DNA from: Fastidiosibacter lacustris
GTDB taxonomy: Bacteria > Pseudomonadota > Gammaproteobacteria > Francisellales > Francisellaceae
NCBI RefSeq assembly: GCF_003428155.1
Contig: NZ_QLIR01000021.1
Coordinates: forward strand, 1-29,770
DNA length: 29,770 bases
Direction of reading: 5' to 3'
Positions 1-8,235 of the stretch are shown in pieces. Both the position numbers and the translations under genes were made by a program. Every line of letters starts with the position of its first letter. The first letter of the stretch is position 1. A model generated the notes under the pieces. That model saw only the letters and a list, made by a program, of their open reading frames with translations. It was not told where the DNA came from and made no database searches.

Positions 1-6
1 GAGAGT

Positions 7-123
7 TACCTGATGATAATAGCGACTGTGAACCACCTGAATCCATTCCGAACTCAGAAGTGAAAACAGTTAGCGTCGATGATAGTGTGGCATTCGTCAT
101 GTGAAAGTAGAACATCATCAGGT
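7..123 (+). rRNA. rrf: 5S ribosomal RNA; 3' end of an rRNA operon, with the window starting in the 23S-5S spacer
   Basis: Colinear with bacterial 5S: it contains CCGAACTCAGAAGTGAAA and GATGATAGTGTGG. The terminal helix ACCTGATGAT (5') pairs with ATCATCAGGT (3'). A T-rich tract follows at 124-140. Confidence 0.85.
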
Positions 124-162
124 TTTTATTTATGTATTTTACTCATAAAATGTATAAGTGTC

Positions 163-207
163 ATTACCAAGGTAAAGTGTCGGACTAATTACCAAGGGAA
201 ATTGTCG
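163..207. repeat. Two 20-bp direct repeats (ATTACCAAGGTAAAGTGTCG / ATTACCAAGGGAAATTGTCG) separated by 5 bp
   Basis: Read directly: 163-182 versus 188-207, 18/20 identical, period 25 bp. They lie between the 5S gene and the IS256-like remnant. Confidence 0.6.
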
Positions 208-229
208 TGTTAATAGTATGGTCTGAATG

Positions 230-466
230 CTATTGAGTCAACAAACTATTAGTAATAGCCCTGGCTTTCTGAATGCGTAAAGCAATTGTATTCAATTTAG
301 GACCACCAAATATACCAGCCCGGTCAACATATAATGTGTAGAAGTTTAGACTTGACCTGACAGTTGCCTATTTTTCAAACGCGGTTTTTGTCATATAGTC
401 AATCGCCAAAAATAAGGTTTTAAAGACTACATTATCATTCGGAAATGAGCGTTTGTTTTTCATCAC
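230..466 (-). pseudogene. C-terminal remnant of an IS256 (mutator) family transposase with an in-frame stop
   Basis: The minus-strand frame reads VMKNKRSFPNDNVVFKTLFLAIDYMTKTAFEK*ATVRSSLNFYTLYVDRAGIF... This matches the conserved IS256 C-terminus (FPNDxxxxKLLYLAI..ITKKW......ALNxFxIxFxDR). There is no N-terminal part; the RTX gene stop abuts at 524. Confidence 0.4.
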
Positions 467-523
467 CTTTTTTCAGTGATTTCAAATATCCTTATAGCGT
501 ATGCTTTTGAATATCTATCATGC

Positions 524-3500
524 TCATGCCTTTGGTATCCATGAATTGACTAAAATACTTTTTATCTCATCTTTTTGATCTTTATTGAGTAAATCTTCAC
601 CTACACCAGTCTCAACATTAAAGCTTGCCAATGTTTGAATAATCACATCGATTCGTTTTTTATCTAGCATATGATTGCCAACTTCAATCTCATCAATTTT
701 ATGTGCTTCAGATTCAAACCAATTTTCTACAACAACTTGCTTAGGTTTATTTTGATTTGCTAAATTCTTAATCACCAAGTTACTTACTTCACGATAAAAA
801 CGGATATCGTCTGTTTTTAGACCATGAAGCTTTAGAAAGTCGCTGCTATTGTCAGTATCGTGGTTATTAATGATCACATTATTTGAACGCCTTAAATCAA
901 CTTGATAGTAATCAGATCCCTCACCACCCTCCAAGGTATTATTATCGCCATCTGCAATCAGTTTATCATCGCCTGTGTTGCCGTAAAGATGATCATTGCC
1001 ATTTTTAGCGTACAAAGTATCATTTCCTGCACCACCTAGCAATTGATCATGACCATCTTTACCTGCATAAAGAATATCATTTCCCTCATTGCCATTGAGC
1101 ACATTATTTCCTGACTGCCCATAAATAATATCATCTCCATCTCCTGAATCGATATTATCATTGCCTTTACCCGAGTAGATCACATCATTACCATCTCCAC
1201 TATAAACTACATCATCTCCATCACCAGCATCAATCCAACTCATTCCTGTGTTAATCAGGATTTGATCATTTCCAGTTGCAGTGTAAATCGAACTGCCGTT
1301 ACTATGTTCAATCTCAATCACATCATCACCAGCACCTGAATGAATTATGTTTTTACCAAATTGCACTTCAATATAATCAGCTCCATTCCCTGTGGTAATG
1401 GTATTATCTCCAGTGCCTGTATAAATTTCATTGTTACCATGACCGGCTTTAATCACATTATTGCCATCACCCGTATAGATATAATCAACATCTTTGCCAC
1501 CAAAAATTTGATTATCCCCACTGCCTGCTTGAATAGTATTCTTACCACTGCCTGCTTTAATAACATTATTACCATGTCCTGCTTCAATGACATCGTCACC
1601 TGCACCACTAAGGATCAAATTATTTCCATTACCAGTATAAATTCTGTTATTCCCACTACCTGCTTTAATCTCGTTGTTACCGCTTCCTGTATTGATCAAA
1701 TCATCACCATTGGCTGTGGTAATTTTGTTATTGCCCTCACCTGCCTCTACCTGATTATTACCACCCTTGGCATTTATCACATCAGCACCGTCATAAGTTT
1801 CGATATAATCATCTTTCTTGCTGCCAATCCGATTTAAATTATCCTCTACTCTACTAAACTTTGTTTCATCTGTTATCAACTCAGAAATCAGGTATTCATT
1901 ACCCTGACTGTCTATGATTTTATCTACACTTAGGTCATTAAAATAACCTTCAAGCTTTATACTGCTGCGATAAAACTGATCTCCTTGTTGATATAATGTT
2001 GCTCGATTATAGTTATGTGAAATCGCTTTGATATATAAATCATCTTGATCACGTAAAAAATATAGCTCTTCTAACGTAATGTCTTTCAATAAAACTGCAT
2101 CTTCATGATTATTGTTATCTGCAACGATCACATCGTCAAAAGTTATTTTTGATAACACGTAATGATCAACACCAAAACCTCCTGCTAAATAGTCATTATG
2201 TTGTTTCCCATCCAAAACATCCTTGCCATCTGTGCCTTGCAAATATTCAACTCTATTTATCCCTTGAATATAATTGGTCTGTGTTTCCTCATCAAAATAC
2301 ATTAGATAAACACTATTAGAGAACTGCTTTTCTAGACCACCTGCTTCGCTTAGGATAAAATCTTTATGCGGTATCACTTGCCAAATTTCAGCTCCATTAT
2401 TAAATTCGAGGGATATTGGTGGTGCATAACGATTGTCTCTATCATCATAAGGCTTCGTTAAAGCATAGTCTGCTATTGTAATATTGATGTTATGTTTTTC
2501 AGCAACAAATACTAAATCCCGTACATACCATTCTGTATAATGCTGACCACTTTTCGAGTAAGTATGCGAACTCAAGCTTAAATAAATATTATTCAAGTCC
2601 TCTAGCTGAATATCATCTTCAAAAACAAGCGTTACACTATTATCTTCATTTACTGAAAACAGCTTAGGAGTTCGTACAACATCATTCCCACTATTCGTTG
2701 AAAAAACATATCGATCATGACCATAACCACCAACCAAAGTATCATTATCCTCTCCACCAACTAGCGTGTCATTGCCCAATTCTCCGTATAAATGATCATT
2801 TCCTTGACCGCCATTTAAAATATCGTCACCGTCGCCACCCTTTAAATCATCATTACCTGCCTTACCATCTATCAATTCGCTTTCAGCATTGCCAATTAGC
2901 TTATCATTATTATCAGTACCCCTTATTTGTTTTGAATCTAATAGAGAATAGTTCTTATCAATCATCTGTCCATCTGAGAAAGTAAATTGATTGACGCCAG
3001 ATATATGCTGTGGTGTATCCGTATAGAACCGTTTTATCGTTACCTGATCCTGATTGTTGATATGCTTAACAATCAAATCATCTTCATTTTTTATAAAATA
3101 AAGATCTGATAGTCGAATGCCATCAATAAATTCGACTGTATTATCAACAAAGGTTTCATCATTATATAAATACACTGCTTCAATTTCATCAACACCAAAA
3201 GACTGACCAAATACATACCGATTCTTCCCATACCCTCCAGATAGGTAATCATTGCCTTCACCTCCAGTGAGTATATCGTCACCTTCATTTCCATAAAGTT
3301 CATCATTGCCAGCATCACCTATAATATTATCATCTCCCTGACGTCCATAAAGCTTATCATTACCACCTAAGCCTTGGATAACATCATCTGCAATTGTCCC
3401 TGAACTAACATCTGCTTGTTCTGTTCCTATATAATGAATATTTTCAGGTGTAACGTTAAATATAGCATCACCACGCTGCCAGACTGTACCATTAGCAAAT

Positions 3501-6500
3501 TCAATACGTGAAACTTTGCCTAGATTAACATAGTCTGATGCACCTTTATAAAAATTATCTAGTTTGATGCTATCGTATTCATTAAGCGTTAAGATGAGAT
3601 CATATTCAATACGTTTAAGTAAAATATCTTCATGACTGATTCCCACTGTAAACTGTAATATATCCCCAAAAGTATCATTGATACTCCCATCTTCTTCGCT
3701 AAATAAATATGTTTCTATCTCTCTCTCGTTATAACCTAGTTTTAATTTCCCCTCATCAATCCACGCATTTTTTAAGATAATATCATGCCCATCACCTGCA
3801 TCAATATAATTAAAACTTGATAAGCTATTGCTTGTTCCAATGTATCGTTTTGAGTCAATCGGTGTCACCACGTTATCTTGGTTATTTCCAACCACAATAC
3901 TATTGCCTTGGACAGTATAAGCTATATCATCTGTCAATAACATAGCATTACTGATCACCCCATTTTTAAATACATATGAGTCTATTTGCGCAAGCTCAGC
4001 CAATGCTTCCTCATTCATTGACCTAAGTGTTTTTGCTAAAGTCTTATTAGCATCCCAACCTAACTTACCTAGTAAATCCTCTGGTGCCAGTTTAATCAAT
4101 AACAACAAACCCACTGCTTCCACAGCAGTTGCATCAACACGATCAATAAAATATTGATCTATAGCATCAAATCCAAGTGACAACTCCCCTTCATCATTAC
4201 TATTAATTTCAATCATATCTACAAAACGTTGATAGTCATAATTCCTAAAAATAGTATTTTCAACTGAACTTAATAACTTATTATACGCACTATCAAGTAA
4301 GCTATTTTGTCTGGGAAGCCCCGAAAATAGGTCATCTTTTAATACAAGCGGTTTACCACTAGTAAATTTAACTAGATTCCACCAATTACCTATTGAGACT
4401 CTAAGCTCAGAATTCTCTCCCTTCTCAATGATATCGTAACTGACCAGATTGCTAAAATTAAAGGTCTCAAGCACAGCTATTCTTTCAAGCCTTTGCCGTG
4501 TGGTGTCACTCAGATCAAAACTAATTGTTGTCCCTGAGCTTAACTCCAAACCTTCTAATTCAGTAACGACTGAATTAAAGCTTTCTGCTGAGTCTGCCCA
4601 CGCCTTAACAAGCTTTTGATAAAGCATTTTGCGTGTATTGTAGTTTTCTGTTTCAGTAATTGCTTGCACTATCTCTACAATGACAGGGTTCAGCACAGCT
4701 GCTTGATTTAAATCCCTTACTGCGCCAGAGCCTCTAAGGCTAAATGCTAAATTTTGCTCCTCTAACTTGTCTGCAAATTGATAATAGAAATCGTCACTAT
4801 ATTCACGGTAAAAGGAATTGACATTAAAATTTAACGCGCCAATGTCATGCTTCTGACCATTCAAGTCTCGATACGTTGAGCTTTTGACAATTACACCCCC
4901 ATCAGCATTACTACCATTATCTACTACTACATTCAAATCAATACTTTGTACATCTGAGTTAGTTAGAGCAGTTATTTCTCCTTCCTGAACCACGCCATCT
5001 TCGTTTTTATCCTGCCATAATCCTACTTCGCTAAATGCATGATCTTCCACATTAAAAACACCATCATTATTATCATCCAAATCTAATAGCGCATCAAAAC
5101 CATCTGTGGCTTTCTCTCCATTTTGCTTAATCGTATTGTCCCCAAATAACTCCAATCCACTATCAATTTGACCATTGTTATCCAAATCACGCACCAACAG
5201 AGCATCATCACCATTAACCCAGCCTGTGGCATGCTTCACTCCATCACTATCATGATCAAATAAAATATTTCCATGAGCTGCAATGGTCTCAATCCCATCA
5301 CCATCTAAATCTAAAATAAGAGGATCACGGGGAGGGAAAGCGACCTTTGATGCTTCAGTAAAGTCATCGTTAACGAGACTATCAATAAAGTCATTAACTG
5401 CGGAACCCTCTCCCATTAAACACATTAAAATATCACCTTTAAAAGCTTTCATGACGTTTTCTTTCTGGTATTCAGATGAAAATAGAGTTTGATTATAATT
5501 AGCCATTCCTAAAAACAAATTGTTATAATTGCTCAGTTGATCCATAAGCTTTTGTTGAGCATGACCTAAGCGATAATACTCCCGCAGTAAAATCGGATTA
5601 TCACTAATCAAAATACCATGAAAAAGATGTAAATTCTGTAATGCCTCATCTTTAATCTGCTCAATATCAGCACGTACCCGTGAGATTTCTGCTACACCAT
5701 CTTCATATAAACGATTAACAATGCTTATGTCTAATTCATTTGGAATCAAAGCACCATTTTGATCAAACTTTTGATAGAGATAATTATTGATGGTGTGTGC
5801 ATCAAGTAAACCTAAACTCTCATGACCTGGAATAATAATTGTATCCCCTATATTTGTCGCCCAAAAAGCAATTAGGTCTCCTTCACGTGCATAGTTGATA
5901 ATCTTGTTGTTCACCATTTCATGATTGACTGCATAGTTTTCATAAAGTGTAATTTTTATTGGATCAGTAACAGCAACATAGCCTAAACTCTTTTCCCCTG
6001 TAAGCCTATCTTCAACTACCCCTACCTCATAATAAGTACCGCCTTCTTTCTTTCCTTGTAAGATTTCCTGCCCACCATAGCCTTCAAAATTGTATATCAT
6101 GCCCAGCTTTTCACTACCTATATAAGTCGCTTGTGCTTGTGCTATCGTCGCCCCAGCTGAATGGTTGGCTCCTGAAAATATTTCAGGCGTATAAATCTTA
6201 TCAACCATATCAATAAAATTCACACCTGCCATCATATTCTGCGAAATACGATAAGCCAGCATTTCTGCGTCTGAAGCATAATCACCCAATTCACTTGTGC
6301 CTTTATTAACAATCACCATTTCGGTTGTATTAAGTTTTGGAGTCACTGCAATAGCGTAATAGCCAGCTCCCCCAATAGCGGTGTGATTCTCAATCGTATT
6401 ACTCGTTGCCATTAGTGTAAAATTGTCCAACACCTGATTAAACTTATTTGCCGCTAGGGCAATTTGATCACGCAAATCCTGGGGGATACCTTCGTGAAAG

Positions 6501-6649
6501 TTACCTTGATCATCGTAAATATACTTTGATAACTGGCTACCTTTGTTCACCTGGTCATTATCAAAAATATATTGATCTGTTTTTATGTCTTTGGTGTAGA
6601 CAATATTTGCTAATATTGCGCTTTGTTCCGCTGTTAACACGCTATTCAT
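524..6649 (-). CDS. Giant RTX (repeats-in-toxin) calcium-binding protein, 2041 aa, with an N-terminal lipase-like alpha/beta-hydrolase head; probable T1SS substrate
   Basis: Single 6.1-kb ORF with SD AAGGAG about 6 nt upstream of ATG 6649. Aa 1-300 carry VIVNKGTSELGDYASD (class-3 lipase FRGT..D-like strand) and the nucleophile-elbow-like ANHSAGA (Ser164, nt 6158-6160), then REGDLIAF and DAHTINNY. Aa 441-575 carry the DPLILDLDGDGIE...TGWV...DLDNNGQIDSGLELFG module common in large RTX proteins. GGxGxDxUx nonapeptide blocks lie at aa 1089-1145, 1244-1315, 1472-1497 and 1616-1915. Confidence 0.9.
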   Translation of the reverse strand: MNSVLTAEQSAILANIVYTKDIKTDQYIFDNDQVNKGSQLSKYIYDDQGNFHEGIPQDLRDQIALAANKFNQVLDNFTLMATSNTIENHTAIGGAGYYAIAVTPKLNTTEMVIVNKGTSELGDYASDAEMLAYRISQNMMAGVNFIDMVDKIYTPEIFSGANHSAGATIAQAQATYIGSEKLGMIYNFEGYGGQEILQGKKEGGTYYEVGVVEDRLTGEKSLGYVAVTDPIKITLYENYAVNHEMVNNKIINYAREGDLIAFWATNIGDTIIIPGHESLGLLDAHTINNYLYQKFDQNGALIPNELDISIVNRLYEDGVAEISRVRADIEQIKDEALQNLHLFHGILISDNPILLREYYRLGHAQQKLMDQLSNYNNLFLGMANYNQTLFSSEYQKENVMKAFKGDILMCLMGEGSAVNDFIDSLVNDDFTEASKVAFPPRDPLILDLDGDGIETIAAHGNILFDHDSDGVKHATGWVNGDDALLVRDLDNNGQIDSGLELFGDNTIKQNGEKATDGFDALLDLDDNNDGVFNVEDHAFSEVGLWQDKNEDGVVQEGEITALTNSDVQSIDLNVVVDNGSNADGGVIVKSSTYRDLNGQKHDIGALNFNVNSFYREYSDDFYYQFADKLEEQNLAFSLRGSGAVRDLNQAAVLNPVIVEIVQAITETENYNTRKMLYQKLVKAWADSAESFNSVVTELEGLELSSGTTISFDLSDTTRQRLERIAVLETFNFSNLVSYDIIEKGENSELRVSIGNWWNLVKFTSGKPLVLKDDLFSGLPRQNSLLDSAYNKLLSSVENTIFRNYDYQRFVDMIEINSNDEGELSLGFDAIDQYFIDRVDATAVEAVGLLLLIKLAPEDLLGKLGWDANKTLAKTLRSMNEEALAELAQIDSYVFKNGVISNAMLLTDDIAYTVQGNSIVVGNNQDNVVTPIDSKRYIGTSNSLSSFNYIDAGDGHDIILKNAWIDEGKLKLGYNEREIETYLFSEEDGSINDTFGDILQFTVGISHEDILLKRIEYDLILTLNEYDSIKLDNFYKGASDYVNLGKVSRIEFANGTVWQRGDAIFNVTPENIHYIGTEQADVSSGTIADDVIQGLGGNDKLYGRQGDDNIIGDAGNDELYGNEGDDILTGGEGNDYLSGGYGKNRYVFGQSFGVDEIEAVYLYNDETFVDNTVEFIDGIRLSDLYFIKNEDDLIVKHINNQDQVTIKRFYTDTPQHISGVNQFTFSDGQMIDKNYSLLDSKQIRGTDNNDKLIGNAESELIDGKAGNDDLKGGDGDDILNGGQGNDHLYGELGNDTLVGGEDNDTLVGGYGHDRYVFSTNSGNDVVRTPKLFSVNEDNSVTLVFEDDIQLEDLNNIYLSLSSHTYSKSGQHYTEWYVRDLVFVAEKHNINITIADYALTKPYDDRDNRYAPPISLEFNNGAEIWQVIPHKDFILSEAGGLEKQFSNSVYLMYFDEETQTNYIQGINRVEYLQGTDGKDVLDGKQHNDYLAGGFGVDHYVLSKITFDDVIVADNNNHEDAVLLKDITLEELYFLRDQDDLYIKAISHNYNRATLYQQGDQFYRSSIKLEGYFNDLSVDKIIDSQGNEYLISELITDETKFSRVEDNLNRIGSKKDDYIETYDGADVINAKGGNNQVEAGEGNNKITTANGDDLINTGSGNNEIKAGSGNNRIYTGNGNNLILSGAGDDVIEAGHGNNVIKAGSGKNTIQAGSGDNQIFGGKDVDYIYTGDGNNVIKAGHGNNEIYTGTGDNTITTGNGADYIEVQFGKNIIHSGAGDDVIEIEHSNGSSIYTATGNDQILINTGMSWIDAGDGDDVVYSGDGNDVIYSGKGNDNIDSGDGDDIIYGQSGNNVLNGNEGNDILYAGKDGHDQLLGGAGNDTLYAKNGNDHLYGNTGDDKLIADGDNNTLEGGEGSDYYQVDLRRSNNVIINNHDTDNSSDFLKLHGLKTDDIRFYREVSNLVIKNLANQNKPKQVVVENWFESEAHKIDEIEVGNHMLDKKRIDVIIQTLASFNVETGVGEDLLNKDQKDEIKSILVNSWIPKA
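905..1804 (-). repeat. About 33 tandem 27-nt (nonapeptide) coding repeats forming the long beta-roll of the RTX protein (aa 1616-1915)
   Basis: Periodic xGxG(N/D)(N/D)xIx units are read directly from the translation (GGNNQVEAGEGNNKITTANGDDLINTGSGNNEIKAGSGNNRIYTGNGNN...). The repetitive opposite strand produces the shadow ORF at 1340-1837. Confidence 0.85.
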
Positions 6650-7724
6650 GGCTTATCTCCTTATCGTATAGTGTTACAATTTGGTTATATAAATCAGTTT
6701 GTGTTAAAAATTGAGCTTCACTTGAATCATACCTTCTGGCAACAATCCAAATCTCCTCCACCTTGCCTGATAAAGTCTTATATTTAACCGTGTGCATAGG
6801 CAATAACTTAATATATTTAGCCACATCCAAAGGAGAGTGAATGCTTTGAGCTATATTGGCATACTCTGGTATATTTGGCTTACCATAACAAAACTTCATA
6901 ATCCCATTCATAGGGCAGTCTGAAATCATTAACACACCCCATGTATACTTATTCATTTCATAACCCTTTTGTTGAATAAAAAAACTCGTGTCCATCTTTT
7001 GTTGCTTTAACCAAGATTCATCTGGGATATCAACTAATCTAATTTCCATATTAAAGCTAAATAGCTTTAACGAGAGTAAATAATTATTGAGCTTATAGAT
7101 TTGACTCATCAAGGTGAGCAAGTTCTGTGGGATTTTTTGTATTTCAATTATTGCAGTAAATGTTAACTCTAGTGCGTTATGGTATTCTCTTATCCATTCT
7201 TGCAAATGCAATGCTTTGCTACGGAAGATATATTCCGTTTCTTTAGCTAAATATCTCTCGTTTTCTGGTAAGTCCTTATCATAAATCGACGTTGCTAATG
7301 TCCTTGCGGCAAAATTATCACTCACTGACTTAAAATAAGGTTCTAGCATTTTAGCTACTTCGATTGATGTCCTAACTAATAAATAATTACTCGCAAACGA
7401 CCCTTTGCCTGTTAAATCCGTAATTACCATTAACTGTTGATCTGGCATTGACTCTGGGATTACAGTAAAAGTATAACTTCTACTTTGTCGATTATAATTG
7501 CCACTTATCACTTTAAAGTTCTCACCATACTTGGCTTTAAGCTGATGAGCTACTTTATCCATCATATCGGAAGAAACCCGACTACCTAAGCCATGGGAAA
7601 TGTAGTAAAAAACGCCTATTAAGATTACTATCGTGATTGAGATGGTTACTATTATAAAGCCCAGCTTTGTTATTCTTGTCTCTTCCTCCAGTTTTACTTG
7701 TCCAATATTCCTTTTCTTATCCAT
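6642..7724 (-). CDS. Hypothetical single-pass membrane-anchored protein (360 aa), first gene of the RTX operon
   Basis: ATG at 7724. A basic N-terminus is followed by one hydrophobic helix (LGFIIVTISITIVILIGVFYYI, aa 21-42), then about 320 aa with no motif I recognise. Its stop TAG (6642-6644) overlaps the RTX start (ATGAATAG, 8-nt overlap), and the RTX SD lies inside its last codons. Confidence 0.7.
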   Translation of the reverse strand: MDKKRNIGQVKLEEETRITKLGFIIVTISITIVILIGVFYYISHGLGSRVSSDMMDKVAHQLKAKYGENFKVISGNYNRQSRSYTFTVIPESMPDQQLMVITDLTGKGSFASNYLLVRTSIEVAKMLEPYFKSVSDNFAARTLATSIYDKDLPENERYLAKETEYIFRSKALHLQEWIREYHNALELTFTAIIEIQKIPQNLLTLMSQIYKLNNYLLSLKLFSFNMEIRLVDIPDESWLKQQKMDTSFFIQQKGYEMNKYTWGVLMISDCPMNGIMKFCYGKPNIPEYANIAQSIHSPLDVAKYIKLLPMHTVKYKTLSGKVEEIWIVARRYDSSEAQFLTQTDLYNQIVTLYDKEISHE

Positions 7725-8235
7725 CTTTCACTTACCTCTAAAACCGCAATTTTTCAATCATACTACGAACATAATTGAAGCCTTCATGCCATTTCAATTT
7801 GGCAATTCCCATTTTTACTTAGGTAACACCACCAAAAAGTCGTTTAAAAACAAGCCTTTAAAATCAAGCTTTGAGTATAATTGATCCCTTATCGGAGAAT
7901 AAAAAAACAAAAACTAGCAGTGTCATCTTGGTTTAAGCGTAGACGATTATTGTAAGAGGTCAAATTTTAATCTTAGACTTTCTCACAGTGTTTTAAAGAG
8001 TGAATAAAAATAAAAACGTAGATTTGGACAATGACTGATATGCTAAAAGGCACTAGTTTGCTTTTAGTTCAAAACACCGATATTCAAATCAAACCTTCTA
8101 TGACGAAAACTGTATTATAGATCTTAACCAAATAGCTTAAAGCACTCCCTAATCCCAAGACCATCGAACAGTCTAAATCGGGATTTGGGATTACGGATTT
8201 TGTCAACAATATTGGAGGTTTTAAATGTGAGTGTA

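Noticed and set aside
1340-1837. 165-aa plus-strand ORF, and similar ORFs at 2698-2985, 3091-3318, 5283-5492 and 6448-6714, inside the RTX gene
   Set aside because: These are shadow ORFs created by the repetitive, compositionally biased RTX coding sequence. Their products are low-complexity (Ile/Thr/Cys/Asn or His/Pro/Tyr rich), and the long minus-strand ORF with clear RTX motifs explains the region.
8148-8193. Inverted repeat TAATCCCAA ... TTGGGATTA downstream of the APC permease
   Set aside because: The 9-bp stem has a 26-nt loop and no U-tract on the minus strand, so it is not a convincing intrinsic terminator. It may be incidental.
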